In this document: one piece after another, positions 9,357 to 18,200 of the stretch
Layout: the number at the start of each line of letters is the position of its first letter
How positions within the stretch are numbered: position 1 is the first letter of the stretch
Source of the DNA: Candidatus Doudnabacteria bacterium
GTDB lineage: Bacteria; Patescibacteriota; Doudnabacteria; UBA920
DNA length: 64,000 bases
Assembly (NCBI GenBank): GCA_963768175.1
Contig: CAVYGQ010000001.1
Coordinates: 638,305-702,304 of the forward strand
Reading direction: 5' to 3'
Notes under the pieces: model-generated
The model's input: the letters and a program-made list of their open reading frames with translations, nothing else
Database searches by the model: none
Told to the model about the DNA's origin: nothing
Made by a program: the position numbers and the translations under genes

Positions 9357-10628
9357 TTATTCGTATCTCAGCGCTTCTATCGGATCTAAATTACTTGCCT
9401 TAAAAGCCGGGTATAGCCCAAATACCACGCCGGTTAATATGGAAACGCCGACAGCCAGAACTACCGAGGTTATGGAAACCACAAACGCCCAATCGTAGCC
9501 TAAAGAGTGCATTAACAATGAAATAAGATAGGAAACAACCACGCCGATAATAATCCCCACCACTCCGCCAAGGCTGGTTAAGGTTCCGGCTTCCAGTAAA
9601 AATTGGTTGCGGATGGCCCCGTTTGTCGCCCCCACGGCTTTGCGCAAACCAATTTCCCTGGTGCGCTCGCCGACCGTGGCCATCATAATATTTAAAATGC
9701 CAATCCCGCCGACAATTAAGGCGACTGCGGCCATGGCGGTTAAAAACAGCGTTAAGGCGTTGGTAATAGTGCTCAGAATGCTCACGGCGTCGGCAATGTT
9801 GCGCACGGTGAAATCAATATCCGCATCGGATTTTATATGGTGCGCTTCGGTTAAAACCGCAGTGACATCATTTACGGTCTGATTAACATTATCGGCAGAG
9901 TCAACTTTTATATTTATGGCCTGCAAATAATTTATCCCTAAAATTTGCTGCTGGCCAATGACCAACGGTAAAAATATTGCATCATCCTGGTCCTGGAAAA
10001 ATGAGCTGCCGCGCGGGGTGATTACGCCGATAACGCGCAAGGGTATGCCGCCGGGCTGGGTTTGGGAAGAGCTGCGGACTTTAACTACCTGGCCGATTGG
10101 GTCAACGCCGCTGCCCCCAAATAGCTCATTGGCCACGGTTGAGCCCAAAACCACAACGTTGGCGTTGCCCTGGTCCTGCTGCTGGCTAAAAAACTGGCCT
10201 TCCTGCATGGTAAAACTTATGACACTGGGATAGTTATAGTCGGTGCCCGTAAAGTTGGTATCCACGCTCTGGCTTTCCCAGGTTACGGTAACGCTGCCGC
10301 GCACCATGGTGTTGACGGCAGCGGCATGCGGCACCCTGGTGGAATCGCGCAAGGCTGCGGCGTCGTTGGCGGTCAGGGTTGTAACCACGATGCCAAACAG
10401 CTGGGCGGGCGGGCCTTTGTCGTTGCTCTTGCCCGGCTGCACGCTAAGTAAGTTAGATCCAAGTTTGGTAATCTGCCCTAAAACCAAAGACTGGGCGCCG
10501 GCACCCAGCGCTATTATGATTATGACTCCGGCCACACCGATAACAATTCCCAAGATAGTCAAAAACGACCGGCCTTTGCGGGCCTGCAGCGTGCGGAAGA
10601 TGAGTTTGAAGGTGGAAAGGAAATTCAT
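9357..10628 (-). CDS. MacB/FtsX-family ABC transporter permease
   Basis: 423 aa. N-terminal TM helix, large extracytoplasmic domain, C-terminal FtsX domain with three TM helices, ending ...LDPIEALRYE. Confidence 0.8.
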   Translation of the reverse strand: MNFLSTFKLIFRTLQARKGRSFLTILGIVIGVAGVIIIIALGAGAQSLVLGQITKLGSNLLSVQPGKSNDKGPPAQLFGIVVTTLTANDAAALRDSTRVPHAAAVNTMVRGSVTVTWESQSVDTNFTGTDYNYPSVISFTMQEGQFFSQQQDQGNANVVVLGSTVANELFGGSGVDPIGQVVKVRSSSQTQPGGIPLRVIGVITPRGSSFFQDQDDAIFLPLVIGQQQILGINYLQAINIKVDSADNVNQTVNDVTAVLTEAHHIKSDADIDFTVRNIADAVSILSTITNALTLFLTAMAAVALIVGGIGILNIMMATVGERTREIGLRKAVGATNGAIRNQFLLEAGTLTSLGGVVGIIIGVVVSYLISLLMHSLGYDWAFVVSITSVVLAVGVSILTGVVFGLYPAFKASNLDPIEALRYE

Positions 10629-10630
10629 AA

Positions 10631-10718
10631 ATCATTTTAACATTTTATCATATTATCATTTTAACAAAACAGCGGTATTACATGTTAAAATGATAAAATG
10701 TTAGTATGATAAAATGAC
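10631..10718. repeat. AT-rich palindromic repeat at a gene junction (cattttaacat variant with compensatory arms)
   Basis: atcattttaacattttatcatattatcattttaac...gttaaaatgataaaatgttagtatgataaaatg lies between the FtsX permease and the ABC ATPase. Confidence 0.6.
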
Positions 10719-11434
10719 TACTTTACCAGTTCCTTATCCGGTGTGGCAATGGTGCGCTTAACAACGGATTCATCGTCAATAATATTCCCGTCTTTAATGC
10801 GGATAATGCGCCTGGCGTGGTTGGCGGTATCCATTTCGTGCGTAACCAAAATAATGGTGTGCCCGTCGTTATTTAGCCTTTGCAGAATTTCCATGACAAT
10901 GTTTCCGGACCTGGAATCCAGGTTCCCGGTCGGTTCATCGGCAAAAATAACAGCCGGCTCGCAAACCAAGGCGCGGGCAATGGCCACGCGCTGTTTTTCC
11001 CCGCCGGAAATTTGGTTGGTAAAGTAGTCAAGGCGATGGGAAAGCCCCACGGACTCCAAGGCCTTTTTTGCCAATTCTTCCTGGTCTTTCTTCTTGCTGT
11101 AAATTAAAGGCAGTTTTACGTTATCCAAAACGCTGGTGCGCGCCAAGAGGTTAAACGACTGGAACACAAAACCAACGCGCTCATTCCTTAACTCCGCCAG
11201 ATAATCGTCGGAAAAGTCTTTGGTGTTACGGCCTTCAAATTCGTACAGACCGCTGGTCGGACGGTCCAAAAAACTTAAAATATGCATCAAGGTGGATTTG
11301 CCGGAGCCCGAGGGGCCCATAATCGCCACAAATTCGCCGGAGTCTATGGTAAAACTCAGACCGTGGAGAACGGGAGTGACAACACCTTCGTTGGTGTAAT
11401 CTTTTTTTAAGTTTTGGACTTTGATTAGGTTCAT
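10718..11434 (-). CDS. ABC transporter ATP-binding protein (MacB/LolD-type)
   Basis: Walker [10 protein letters not shown], signature [15 protein letters not shown], Walker [13 protein letters not shown]. The true start is probably [13 protein letters not shown] at 11434, because the 8 codons before it belong to the intergenic repeat. Confidence 0.9.
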   Translation of the reverse strand: MNLIKVQNLKKDYTNEGVVTPVLHGLSFTIDSGEFVAIMGPSGSGKSTLMHILSFLDRPTSGLYEFEGRNTKDFSDDYLAELRNERVGFVFQSFNLLARTSVLDNVKLPLIYSKKKDQEELAKKALESVGLSHRLDYFTNQISGGEKQRVAIARALVCEPAVIFADEPTGNLDSRSGNIVMEILQRLNNDGHTIILVTHEMDTANHARRIIRIKDGNIIDDESVVKRTIATPDKELVK

Positions 11435-11510
11435 GTAAACATTTAAGCATGTAAACATTTAAGCATATGGCAGCATGTTTAGATGCTTATATGCTTTAAT
11501 GTTTAAATGA
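11435..11510. repeat. AT-rich palindromic repeat at a gene junction
   Basis: catgtaaacatttaagcatgtaaacatttaagcat...atgtttagatgcttatatgctttaatgtttaaatg lies between the ABC ATPase and the HlyD-family gene. Confidence 0.6.
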
Positions 11511-13088
11511 TTATTGCTTAATATACGTCACCACTGTCTGGCCTTCGCTTAGGCCGGAGGTAATTTCTACCAATCCGCCGTCGGCGGAAAGGCCAGTCTG
11601 CACCTGAACCTGATGGTAAGTTCCCTTTTTTATATCATCGACGACCCTTACATATTGGTTGTTGTTTTGGTTTATAACGGCGCTGCTCGGCACGGCCAAA
11701 ACATTTGATTTTTTGGCGACCAAAATAGTCATATTCGCCGTCATGCCCGGCTTGATATCCGGGATGTTAGGCAAAGCGGCTTTAACAAGGTAGTTAACCA
11801 CGCCGGAGATAACCGTGGAAGCGGGGTTGATAGTCAAAACGCTGCCCGAAAAATGGCGGTCCGGGCCAAGCGCGTCAAAAGTATAATCAACCGATTGCCC
11901 GGGTTGGAGCGAGGCGATATCCGCTTCGGCTACGTCGGCTTCGGCGTGCAAATCGGCCACGTCCTGAAGAATCATAACTTCCTGAAGCGCCACAGCCTGC
12001 TCCCCAATTTTTATATCAACCTGGGTAATCGTGCCGTCTAACGGGGCTTTAAGCACCGTATTGTTTAAATTTACCTGGGCGGAATCCACCTGGCCTTGCG
12101 CGGAAAGAATCTGGGCCTTGGCCACGTCAATATCCGCGGAACTGGCCTGGGCAAGTTCGTTATCTAAAGTAGCCTGCGCCTGGGCCAGCGCGCTTTGCGC
12201 GCTTTGCACCTGGCCTTGCGCGGCCGAAACGGCGCTGGCCTGGGCCTGCAAAGCGGTCTGGTAAGCGTTATAATTGGCAACATAAGCGGGGGCATAAGTA
12301 TTGGGAATACTAACCGTCCAGGTATCGCCCACCGCAGGCGTGGTGTTAAATTGGATATAAAGCCCGAATGTCCCCATTTGGGTGGGCAGATTGCGCACAT
12401 TGCCGGAAACGGTTTCCAGACCAGAAACCTGGAACTGTAAACCGCTGCCGGTGGAGTATAAGCTTATATTATAGATGCCGACATTGGATCCGATATAGGT
12501 ACCGGTAATTATTGGGGTTACCGTGTCGCTATTGCCCGAAGACGCGACGGCGGTAATGGAAGTATTTAAAAGGGTATTATAGGCATTTTTTACCGCCGTC
12601 GCCTGCTGGGCCTGCGTGGTGGCCAGGCTTGTGGTCGCATTACCCAATGCCACTTGGGCGGTATAAACCGCTTGCTGGGTTACCGCAATTTGGGTGTCGG
12701 TGCTGCCCTGCAAGACCTTTTCATAATTTGCCTGCGCCTGCGCCAAACCTCCTTCGGCGGTAGTTAAAGCGGCCGCCGCCGAAGATTGATTTAAGGTAGC
12801 CAAAGTCTGCCCGGCTTTAACCATGTCCCCTTCTTTTACCAAAACTTGAGTTACCACGCCGCTTGACTGGAAACCCAGATTCAAATCGGTACTGCTGACA
12901 ACCTGTCCGGTGCTGAGCACGGTTTGCTGTAAATCCTGTTTTGTCGCGACGGCGGTTTGAATATTACCGGCAGTATTTTTACTTGCGTGGATGCGATAGC
13001 CAATAAACCCAACGACAAGCAAAATAATCACCGTCCAGATAATTTTCTTTTTTGTAAAAAATCCGCGAATTTTTACCCCGTTAGACAT
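11511..13088 (-). CDS. HlyD/MacA-family membrane-fusion (periplasmic adaptor) protein
   Basis: 525 aa. N-terminal TM helix (IIWTVIILLVVGFIGY), long Ala/Gln-rich coiled coil, C-terminal beta-barrel region. First gene of a four-gene exporter operon. The N-terminus MSNGVK is encoded by the TCTAACGGGG repeat. Confidence 0.7.
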   Translation of the reverse strand: MSNGVKIRGFFTKKKIIWTVIILLVVGFIGYRIHASKNTAGNIQTAVATKQDLQQTVLSTGQVVSSTDLNLGFQSSGVVTQVLVKEGDMVKAGQTLATLNQSSAAAALTTAEGGLAQAQANYEKVLQGSTDTQIAVTQQAVYTAQVALGNATTSLATTQAQQATAVKNAYNTLLNTSITAVASSGNSDTVTPIITGTYIGSNVGIYNISLYSTGSGLQFQVSGLETVSGNVRNLPTQMGTFGLYIQFNTTPAVGDTWTVSIPNTYAPAYVANYNAYQTALQAQASAVSAAQGQVQSAQSALAQAQATLDNELAQASSADIDVAKAQILSAQGQVDSAQVNLNNTVLKAPLDGTITQVDIKIGEQAVALQEVMILQDVADLHAEADVAEADIASLQPGQSVDYTFDALGPDRHFSGSVLTINPASTVISGVVNYLVKAALPNIPDIKPGMTANMTILVAKKSNVLAVPSSAVINQNNNQYVRVVDDIKKGTYHQVQVQTGLSADGGLVEITSGLSEGQTVVTYIKQ

Positions 13089-13175
13089 AATTTTGTACTC
13101 CTAAATTGTTAACTTATTAATTTTAATTGAATTTCCCGTCGGCATTAAATAATCAATAATGTCTAACGGGGTGAA
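13074..13175. promoter_or_regulatory. Inverted repeat of the TCTAACGGGG element spanning the HlyD start codon and its 5' leader
   Basis: taccccgttagacat (13074-13088, includes the start codon) and atgtctaacggggtgaa (13159-13175) are complementary. The AGGAG-like Shine-Dalgarno sequence lies in the roughly 70-nt loop. Confidence 0.55.
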
Positions 13176-13198
13176 TAGTAAATAATTTAGATTAATAA

Positions 13199-13534
13199 TT
13201 ACTTATTTTTAAATTGGGAAAACATTTTCCCCATATTTTTTTCAACATATTCCCTAACTTCTTTATTCGCGCCGCTGCCGGAAAAATTTTGCATAATTAT
13301 TTTGACAAAGCTCTCCATTTGGTCGGTCTTTATAAACCCAAGGACCTTGCCGAACTTGCCCATAACCATAAGCTGGTCGCCGGGACTGAGGCCAAGGTCT
13401 TTGCGGGCGTCGGCCGGGATAACCACCTGCCCCCTGGCCCCCATGGTCGTAGTTCCATAGAGCCTGTCCTGGCTGGTCATTTTTTTGTGGATTTTTAAAT
13501 GTAGATTGCTTTTCACCCCGTTAGAAGTAGCCAT
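13199..13534 (-). CDS. AbrB/MazE/SpoVT-family swapped-hairpin DNA-binding protein with an N-terminal extension
   Basis: MGARGQVVIPADARKDLGLSPGDQLMVM is the AbrB-type domain. The roughly 30-aa N-terminal extension MATSNGVK... is encoded by a TCTAACGGGG element. Confidence 0.65.
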   Translation of the reverse strand: MATSNGVKSNLHLKIHKKMTSQDRLYGTTTMGARGQVVIPADARKDLGLSPGDQLMVMGKFGKVLGFIKTDQMESFVKIIMQNFSGSGANKEVREYVEKNMGKMFSQFKNK

Positions 13535-13598
13535 TTTAAATGTCCTTTTAAAATTTTACCGACCCCTAGTTAGAAATACTGCTTCTAACGGGGTTCAT
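13512..13598. promoter_or_regulatory. Three copies of the CCCCGTTAGAA / TTCTAACGGGG motif around the AbrB-like start that can form alternative hairpins
   Basis: Start-region copy at 13512-13534, and upstream copies cccctagttagaa (13563-13575) and cttctaacgggg (13582-13593). A tiny upstream ORF (ATGAACCCCGTTAGAAGCAGTATTTCTAACTAG) overlaps the upstream hairpin. Confidence 0.45.
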
Positions 13599-13696
13599 AA
13601 AATTCCTTCCGGATTAAGGCTGATAAAAAAAGTATGATATTTCATACTTATCATATCATGGCTAAAAACTGTTGTCAATAGCCCGCTGGACCTAAT

Positions 13697-15238
13697 TTAG
13701 ACACTGAGGACGAATTTAATTTTTTCTGCCAAGCCATTATGGTTTAGGATATCGTTTTCGGTTATATCCAAAAATCTATTATCCCTGCCTTTGGCCGGAG
13801 TAATGACCTTATAAATCTCCGGCAAAGCAACGTCTATGCTCTCTCCCAACGTAATTTTAGAGGCCAGTTGCCGATATTTTTCGTAAATTCCCGGACCGCT
13901 TTGCAAAAACAAATCCAAAATAGTAGGTTTATAAATCTGCCCCTCTTGATTTAGGCCAAAAGCCAAACAGCTTTCCGCAAAATTTTCCGTCGGGATTGAG
14001 GCCACACGGGCGGCCATATCCGTTTCCCCCCACTCTTTCAATAAATTAACAAATATTTCTTTAATTCCGGCCAGCCAATTAACCTGATTAAAGCCGCCCA
14101 AGCAAGTTATACCATAATACAACAAAACCAAAAAACATACCAAAGAAGTGGGATAAAGGCTACCGTTTTGCAGACCATTAATAACAGTTTCTACGTTTGC
14201 GGCTATAACAAAATTGCCATTAGACAATTGGTCTTTTTGGCGCGCCAAACGTATTCTCTTTCCTTTGTCGCCAATCCCCCAAAATAAAAAACTGCCTTTA
14301 TGGCCACCGCTAAACCCAGCTCCATTTTTTTCACCATAATATCCGTTTGGTTTATTAATACCAAGCTTATTTTCCAAATGAGGCGCGTCGGTTGATTGTG
14401 AAAAATGGGGCTGGGTAAAGGCGCCAAGGCTGGCTTGAAAATGTTGTTCTATGCTGTCCCATCCAGGGAAAGTAAAAAATAACTTGTGTAAAATATGGCC
14501 TTTTCGTGGCGCAATTTCATTAATAATCAATTCATTGACCAATTTTTCCAGAGGCAAGTATAAAAGTTTAGGTGCCTCTGGAAAAGCCTTTCCCCAAAGC
14601 GCTGTTGAAATAATGGCAGCTTGTTCGGAAAAATCACTGAATGCAAAAAGCTTGGGATCCTGAAAAATTTCCCCCATAAGCCCAAGTAGCCGCTGCTTAT
14701 TATTTTTAGATAAAAAATCCGCGGTTTCAATACGGCTTTCAACGCGCGCTGCGTCTTCCGGACTAAACTCTTTGACCGCCAAGACTGTCTGGGTTTTAAT
14801 TTTATCGCGGAAAAAAGAGAACCGCTCTGTCCGGCCGTCCGGCCGGCTAAGCAGCAAGCAGCCCGGCCAGGAAGAATTGTTCAGGGACACGCCGGCGGTG
14901 GAAAGGCAGAGCAAATATTTTAACCCCTGGCGCTGGCTGTAAATTAAATTGGAATTAATGAAAAACGGATGATTTAAAATGCCGTGGTGATCTATGGTAG
15001 AGACCAGCGGGCTTTGGCCGGTTTGCTTTACAACATCGCCTGCCAAATCCGCCGGATAAACCCGCAAAAGCAACCTCTGGGCTTGGCTAAAAAAAGCCCG
15101 GGTGCCCTCCGAAGGACTGGAAACGGCCCAACCGCGGACATAACCAGACAGGCTTTGGGTTCCAGCCTGGGCATAAATCTTGGCTAAAGTTTTCTGCTTG
15201 GCAAAAATCTCATTTTTAAGCTCGGCAAAATTATTCAT
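13697..15238 (-). CDS. Hypothetical 513-aa protein, no recognisable family
   Basis: Long uninterrupted ORF. Sits between the pilin gene and the AbrB-like/exporter cluster. Confidence 0.45.
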   Translation of the reverse strand: MNNFAELKNEIFAKQKTLAKIYAQAGTQSLSGYVRGWAVSSPSEGTRAFFSQAQRLLLRVYPADLAGDVVKQTGQSPLVSTIDHHGILNHPFFINSNLIYSQRQGLKYLLCLSTAGVSLNNSSWPGCLLLSRPDGRTERFSFFRDKIKTQTVLAVKEFSPEDAARVESRIETADFLSKNNKQRLLGLMGEIFQDPKLFAFSDFSEQAAIISTALWGKAFPEAPKLLYLPLEKLVNELIINEIAPRKGHILHKLFFTFPGWDSIEQHFQASLGAFTQPHFSQSTDAPHLENKLGINKPNGYYGEKNGAGFSGGHKGSFLFWGIGDKGKRIRLARQKDQLSNGNFVIAANVETVINGLQNGSLYPTSLVCFLVLLYYGITCLGGFNQVNWLAGIKEIFVNLLKEWGETDMAARVASIPTENFAESCLAFGLNQEGQIYKPTILDLFLQSGPGIYEKYRQLASKITLGESIDVALPEIYKVITPAKGRDNRFLDITENDILNHNGLAEKIKFVLSV

Positions 15239-15308
15239 ATCCTATATTATAGCTGCCTCTGGACAAAATTAAAAACCCCCAATTGGTATCGGAGGCCTAA
15301 TTTAATGG

Positions 15309-15815
15309 TTACTTCACGCCTGTGGGGGTTAAAATGTGAGTCCCGGGAGAAAAAATACCAGTCTTGTTGCCTAAACAAAAATAATAACCGTAATCGGGAT
15401 AAACCGTGGTAGTACCGTCGGATCCCAAGAAAGCCGTGCCGCTTGGGTAATAATAATATCTACTTCCATAGGTATTGGCGGGAACCGGCGGACTATAGGT
15501 CATGACAGAACAGCTGCCGTCGGCCGGCAGGGGGGCGCTGGGTAAGCTGGAAGCGTAATTCGGAACCAAAGGCGACGGAATTCCGGAAGGACCTGAAGGA
15601 TAACCTCTATATGTGGCAAAATACAGCTCAAGCCCCGTATTCATCTGGGTCATATCCGCAAGACGTTTGACATCCCTGGCTTTTTGCCGCGCGGACATAA
15701 AAGCAATTAAAGCAATTGATGTTAATAAAGCAATAATAGCAATAACCACCATGAGCTCTATTAAGGTGAACCCGTTTTTATTACGGATTCTTAAATTTTG
15801 ATTTTTGTCTCTCAT
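15309..15815 (-). CDS. Type IV pilin-like protein
   Basis: MRDKNQNLRIRNKNG|FTLIELMVVIAIIALLTSIALIAF. 168 aa with a Tyr/Pro/Gly-rich C-terminal region. Confidence 0.8.
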   Translation of the reverse strand: MRDKNQNLRIRNKNGFTLIELMVVIAIIALLTSIALIAFMSARQKARDVKRLADMTQMNTGLELYFATYRGYPSGPSGIPSPLVPNYASSLPSAPLPADGSCSVMTYSPPVPANTYGSRYYYYPSGTAFLGSDGTTTVYPDYGYYFCLGNKTGIFSPGTHILTPTGVK

Positions 15816-15900
15816 TTTCTATTAAAACTTAGATAATTCATTCTAACACAAATTCTTACATCTTCAAAGTGGATAAAGTAAAAAACTTAAAAGCCCTTGA

Positions 15901-15964
15901 CCCCGCTAGAAGTCCGATGTCTGGCAAATCGGCAATGGCCTTTGGCTATTGACTTCTAACGGGG
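15901..15964. repeat. TCTAACGGGG-family inverted repeat in the 5' region of the pilin gene
   Basis: ccccgctagaagtc...(36 nt)...gacttctaacgggg. Confidence 0.5.
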
Positions 15965-16095
15965 TTGATAAAATCGGCAAAATGTTGTAAAATATCGTAG
16001 ATACTATCAAAACTATTAACGATTTACTATTAACAATTAACTAATCCGTGTTTGGGTTAATTGTCAATTGTTAATAGTTAATTGTAATTCTACCC

Positions 16096-16200
16096 GGGTC
16101 TGTAGCTCAGTTGGCCCCATCATTCGATGGGGCAGGTATCGCAGCGGCCTTTTAAGTTTACCCTATCGAATGATAGGGCCGTTTGATAAGGGTAATCCTT
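16096..16200 (+). other. Degenerate tRNA-Lys-like sequence with two hairpin insertions
   Basis: It starts gggtctgtagctcagttgg like the next copy and contains gcagcggccttttaag and gccgtttg. It is interrupted by ccccatcattcgatgggg and ccctatcgaatgataggg, which are mutually complementary. Confidence 0.3.
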
Positions 16201-16208
16201 AAGCCGGT

Positions 16209-16469
16209 ATGTTCTATATTTATATACTCCTACAAAATAACAACCTGCCATATACTGGTTTTACTGATAATTTAAAACGCAGATATAAACAACACACGGA
16301 CGGACTAGTAACATCAACAAAGCATAAAAGGCCATTAAAACTAATTCATTACGAAGCATATTTATTAAAAACAGATGCCGTGAGAAGAGAAAAATTTTTA
16401 AAAACCACCGAAGGAAAAAGGTTGTTAAAACAGCAAATTAGAGATATATTAATTAAGCTCAAAGTGTAA
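16209..16469 (+). CDS. GIY-YIG nuclease domain protein (homing-endonuclease-like)
   Basis: IYILLQNNNLPYTGFTDNLKRRYKQH is the GIY-YIG motif. 86 aa. Lies between tRNA-like sequences. Confidence 0.65.
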   Translation: MFYIYILLQNNNLPYTGFTDNLKRRYKQHTDGLVTSTKHKRPLKLIHYEAYLLKTDAVRREKFLKTTEGKRLLKQQIRDILIKLKV

Positions 16470-16481
16470 TTTAATCTTCGT

Positions 16482-16555
16482 GGGTCTGTAGCTCAGTTGG
16501 TAGAGCAGCGGCCTTTTAAGCCGTTTGTCGCGGGTTCGATCCCTACTCGCTACAT
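16482..16555 (+). pseudogene. Degenerate tRNA-Lys(UUU)-like copy: 5' two-thirds intact, T-stem and acceptor 3' strand do not pair
   Basis: GGGTCTG-TA-GCTC-AGTTGGTA-GAGC-A-GCGGC-CTTTTAA-GCCGT-TTGTC-GCGGG-TTCGATC, then CCTAC/TCGCTAC, which do not complement. Confidence 0.4.
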
Positions 16556-16584
16556 CTCGCCTTAAAAAAACTTAATAAATTTGA

Positions 16585-16660
16585 GGGACGGTAGCTCAGC
16601 TGGTAGAGCAGCGGCCTTTTAAGCCGTTTGTCCCGGGTTCGATCCCCGGCCGTCCCACCA
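16585..16660 (+). tRNA. tRNA-Lys (anticodon UUU), 76 nt with encoded CCA
   Basis: GGGACGG-TA-GCTC-AGCTGGTA-GAGC-A-GCGGC-CTTTTAA-GCCGT-TTGTC-CCGGG-TTCGATC-CCCGG-CCGTCCC-A-CCA. All stems pair. Confidence 0.85.
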
Positions 16661-16683
16661 AGTAAATTTTTCGGGAGTTACAC

Positions 16684-16722
16684 CCCGCTAGTCTGTTAAG
16701 ACTAGCGGGGTTTTCGTATGCC
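16684..16722 (+). terminator. Hairpin terminator after tRNA-Lys, a variant of the CCCCGYTAG palindrome family
   Basis: caccccgctagtctgttaagactagcgggg followed by ttttcg. Confidence 0.55.
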
Positions 16723-16839
16723 CAAATAAATATTTTATCCTGCGCGCCGGTGGGAACCGGAATCCGCCACGCCTGCCTGGGTCTCCCGGACAGGTCGCCG
16801 GCGCGGAGGACAAAATTAACAACTAACCAAGAAAGGAGT

Positions 16840-17139
16840 ATGAGGCCTATGAACGCCAAACTCAAAAAAGAAATAAAAAACCTTCTCGGCGCAAAGTTGC
16901 CGCAGACCGGGAAAAGCCGGATCTACCACGTAGTCGACGAACGGATCGTGGGAGGAGCCGTAGAGGACATAGCCGAACAGACGGGTGACCTGATGGGCAA
17001 GCTGACCACGCTTGACGTGGAGGTATCCCGCGACAACCCGCAGGCCAAAATCGACCAGAACATAAGCGGCGCGCATGACATGATTTTCAACGCTCTGGTC
17101 GACGAAACCATCAGACAATTAACCCAGGACAGAATATGA
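16840..17139 (+). CDS. Hypothetical protein (phage-like region); start placed at the ATG after the AAGGAG Shine-Dalgarno sequence
   Basis: gaaaggagtATGaggcctatg. The ORF track extends to 16750, but that stretch has no ribosome-binding site. Confidence 0.45.
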   Translation: MRPMNAKLKKEIKNLLGAKLPQTGKSRIYHVVDERIVGGAVEDIAEQTGDLMGKLTTLDVEVSRDNPQAKIDQNISGAHDMIFNALVDETIRQLTQDRI

Positions 17140-17378
17140 ACAAGAACATAAAAGCCATGGTGGAACAAAACTTTTTGGAGCTGAACATCAAAGTTTTTAT
17201 CAAGCGCGAGGAGGCGGCGAAAAATCCTAAAAGGACTTTCCGGCAGCTGTTGCATGAACTGGAAGATACGGCTAGGGAGGCAATATACGATCCGGACAGA
17301 TCAAAACAAAAAACCACAATTTACCTGGGGACCAGAAGCTCCCGGGAAATTAAAGACCTGCTAAAGATTAACCGATAA
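17136..17378 (+). CDS. Hypothetical protein
   Basis: 80 aa. Start overlaps the previous stop (ATGA), suggesting operon-like packing. Confidence 0.4.
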   Translation: MNKNIKAMVEQNFLELNIKVFIKREEAAKNPKRTFRQLLHELEDTAREAIYDPDRSKQKTTIYLGTRSSREIKDLLKINR

Positions 17379-17382
17379 GCAT

Positions 17383-17697
17383 ATGAAATTACTCAAACTT
17401 TTGACAGCCAACAAAACAAGCGAGAAGGACAGGATGGGCAGCAGTTACCTCGGGCTGATAACGATCAGGTACATCGACCTAACCGGCAAGCTCGGAAAAC
17501 CGCACAAGATCGGTAGCGGCGACAACAAGGTCGATGCCGAATGGGGCTACCGCCTGGACAAGGAAACGGTCGTAACGATTTACAACTACAAGAGCAAGGA
17601 TGAAGTCGCTTACGAAACCCGCTGGCACATCGGCGGCAAGGGAGACCGGGAATTAATCAGGGAATGGGTACAGGCGGTGTTCAGTCAAAAAATTTAA
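17383..17697 (+). CDS. Hypothetical protein
   Basis: 104-aa ORF tightly packed after the previous gene. Confidence 0.4.
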   Translation: MKLLKLLTANKTSEKDRMGSSYLGLITIRYIDLTGKLGKPHKIGSGDNKVDAEWGYRLDKETVVTIYNYKSKDEVAYETRWHIGGKGDRELIREWVQAVFSQKI

Positions 17698-17937
17698 AAG
17701 AAGTTCCAATCCCACTCAGCCTTCAAAACATTGAGGGCTGGACTGGGGACAAGAACCCCTAAAGGTCGGGGGCGCCGGCAGCCCAAATTAATTAAACCGG
17801 ACAAAGCCATGAAGTTATTAACGAGACAAAAATGTATACAATCCATTTAAAAAAAGTAACTCCCCGGAGGGAGTTACGAATCAAAGCAATAATATTCTTG
17901 CACACCCTCCGGGAACTGTCAAGGAAAGGACTGGAAC

Positions 17938-18180
17938 ATGGCCACCAAAGCTGGCCTGAACGAAGTCAGCCAGCTTCTTCAGGAGATTATCAGCCACAGC
18001 CTGCGCTATAAAGGCCGACTAGTTGAAAGTTACAGTCCTGAAAGCGAGGAGATTTTTAGCAAACTTTTCCCTGCTGACGAAGCGACCATCTCGGTAGGAA
18101 AATATAAATATTTTCTTTACCTGATTTATAGCAAACAGAATGAGCGCTTCGAAAAAGAGTTCCAAAGATTTCTCAATTAA
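17938..18180 (+). CDS. Hypothetical protein
   Basis: 80-aa ORF. Confidence 0.35.
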   Translation: MATKAGLNEVSQLLQEIISHSLRYKGRLVESYSPESEEIFSKLFPADEATISVGKYKYFLYLIYSKQNERFEKEFQRFLN

Positions 18181-18200
18181 TCCGATTAATCCGAACGAGT

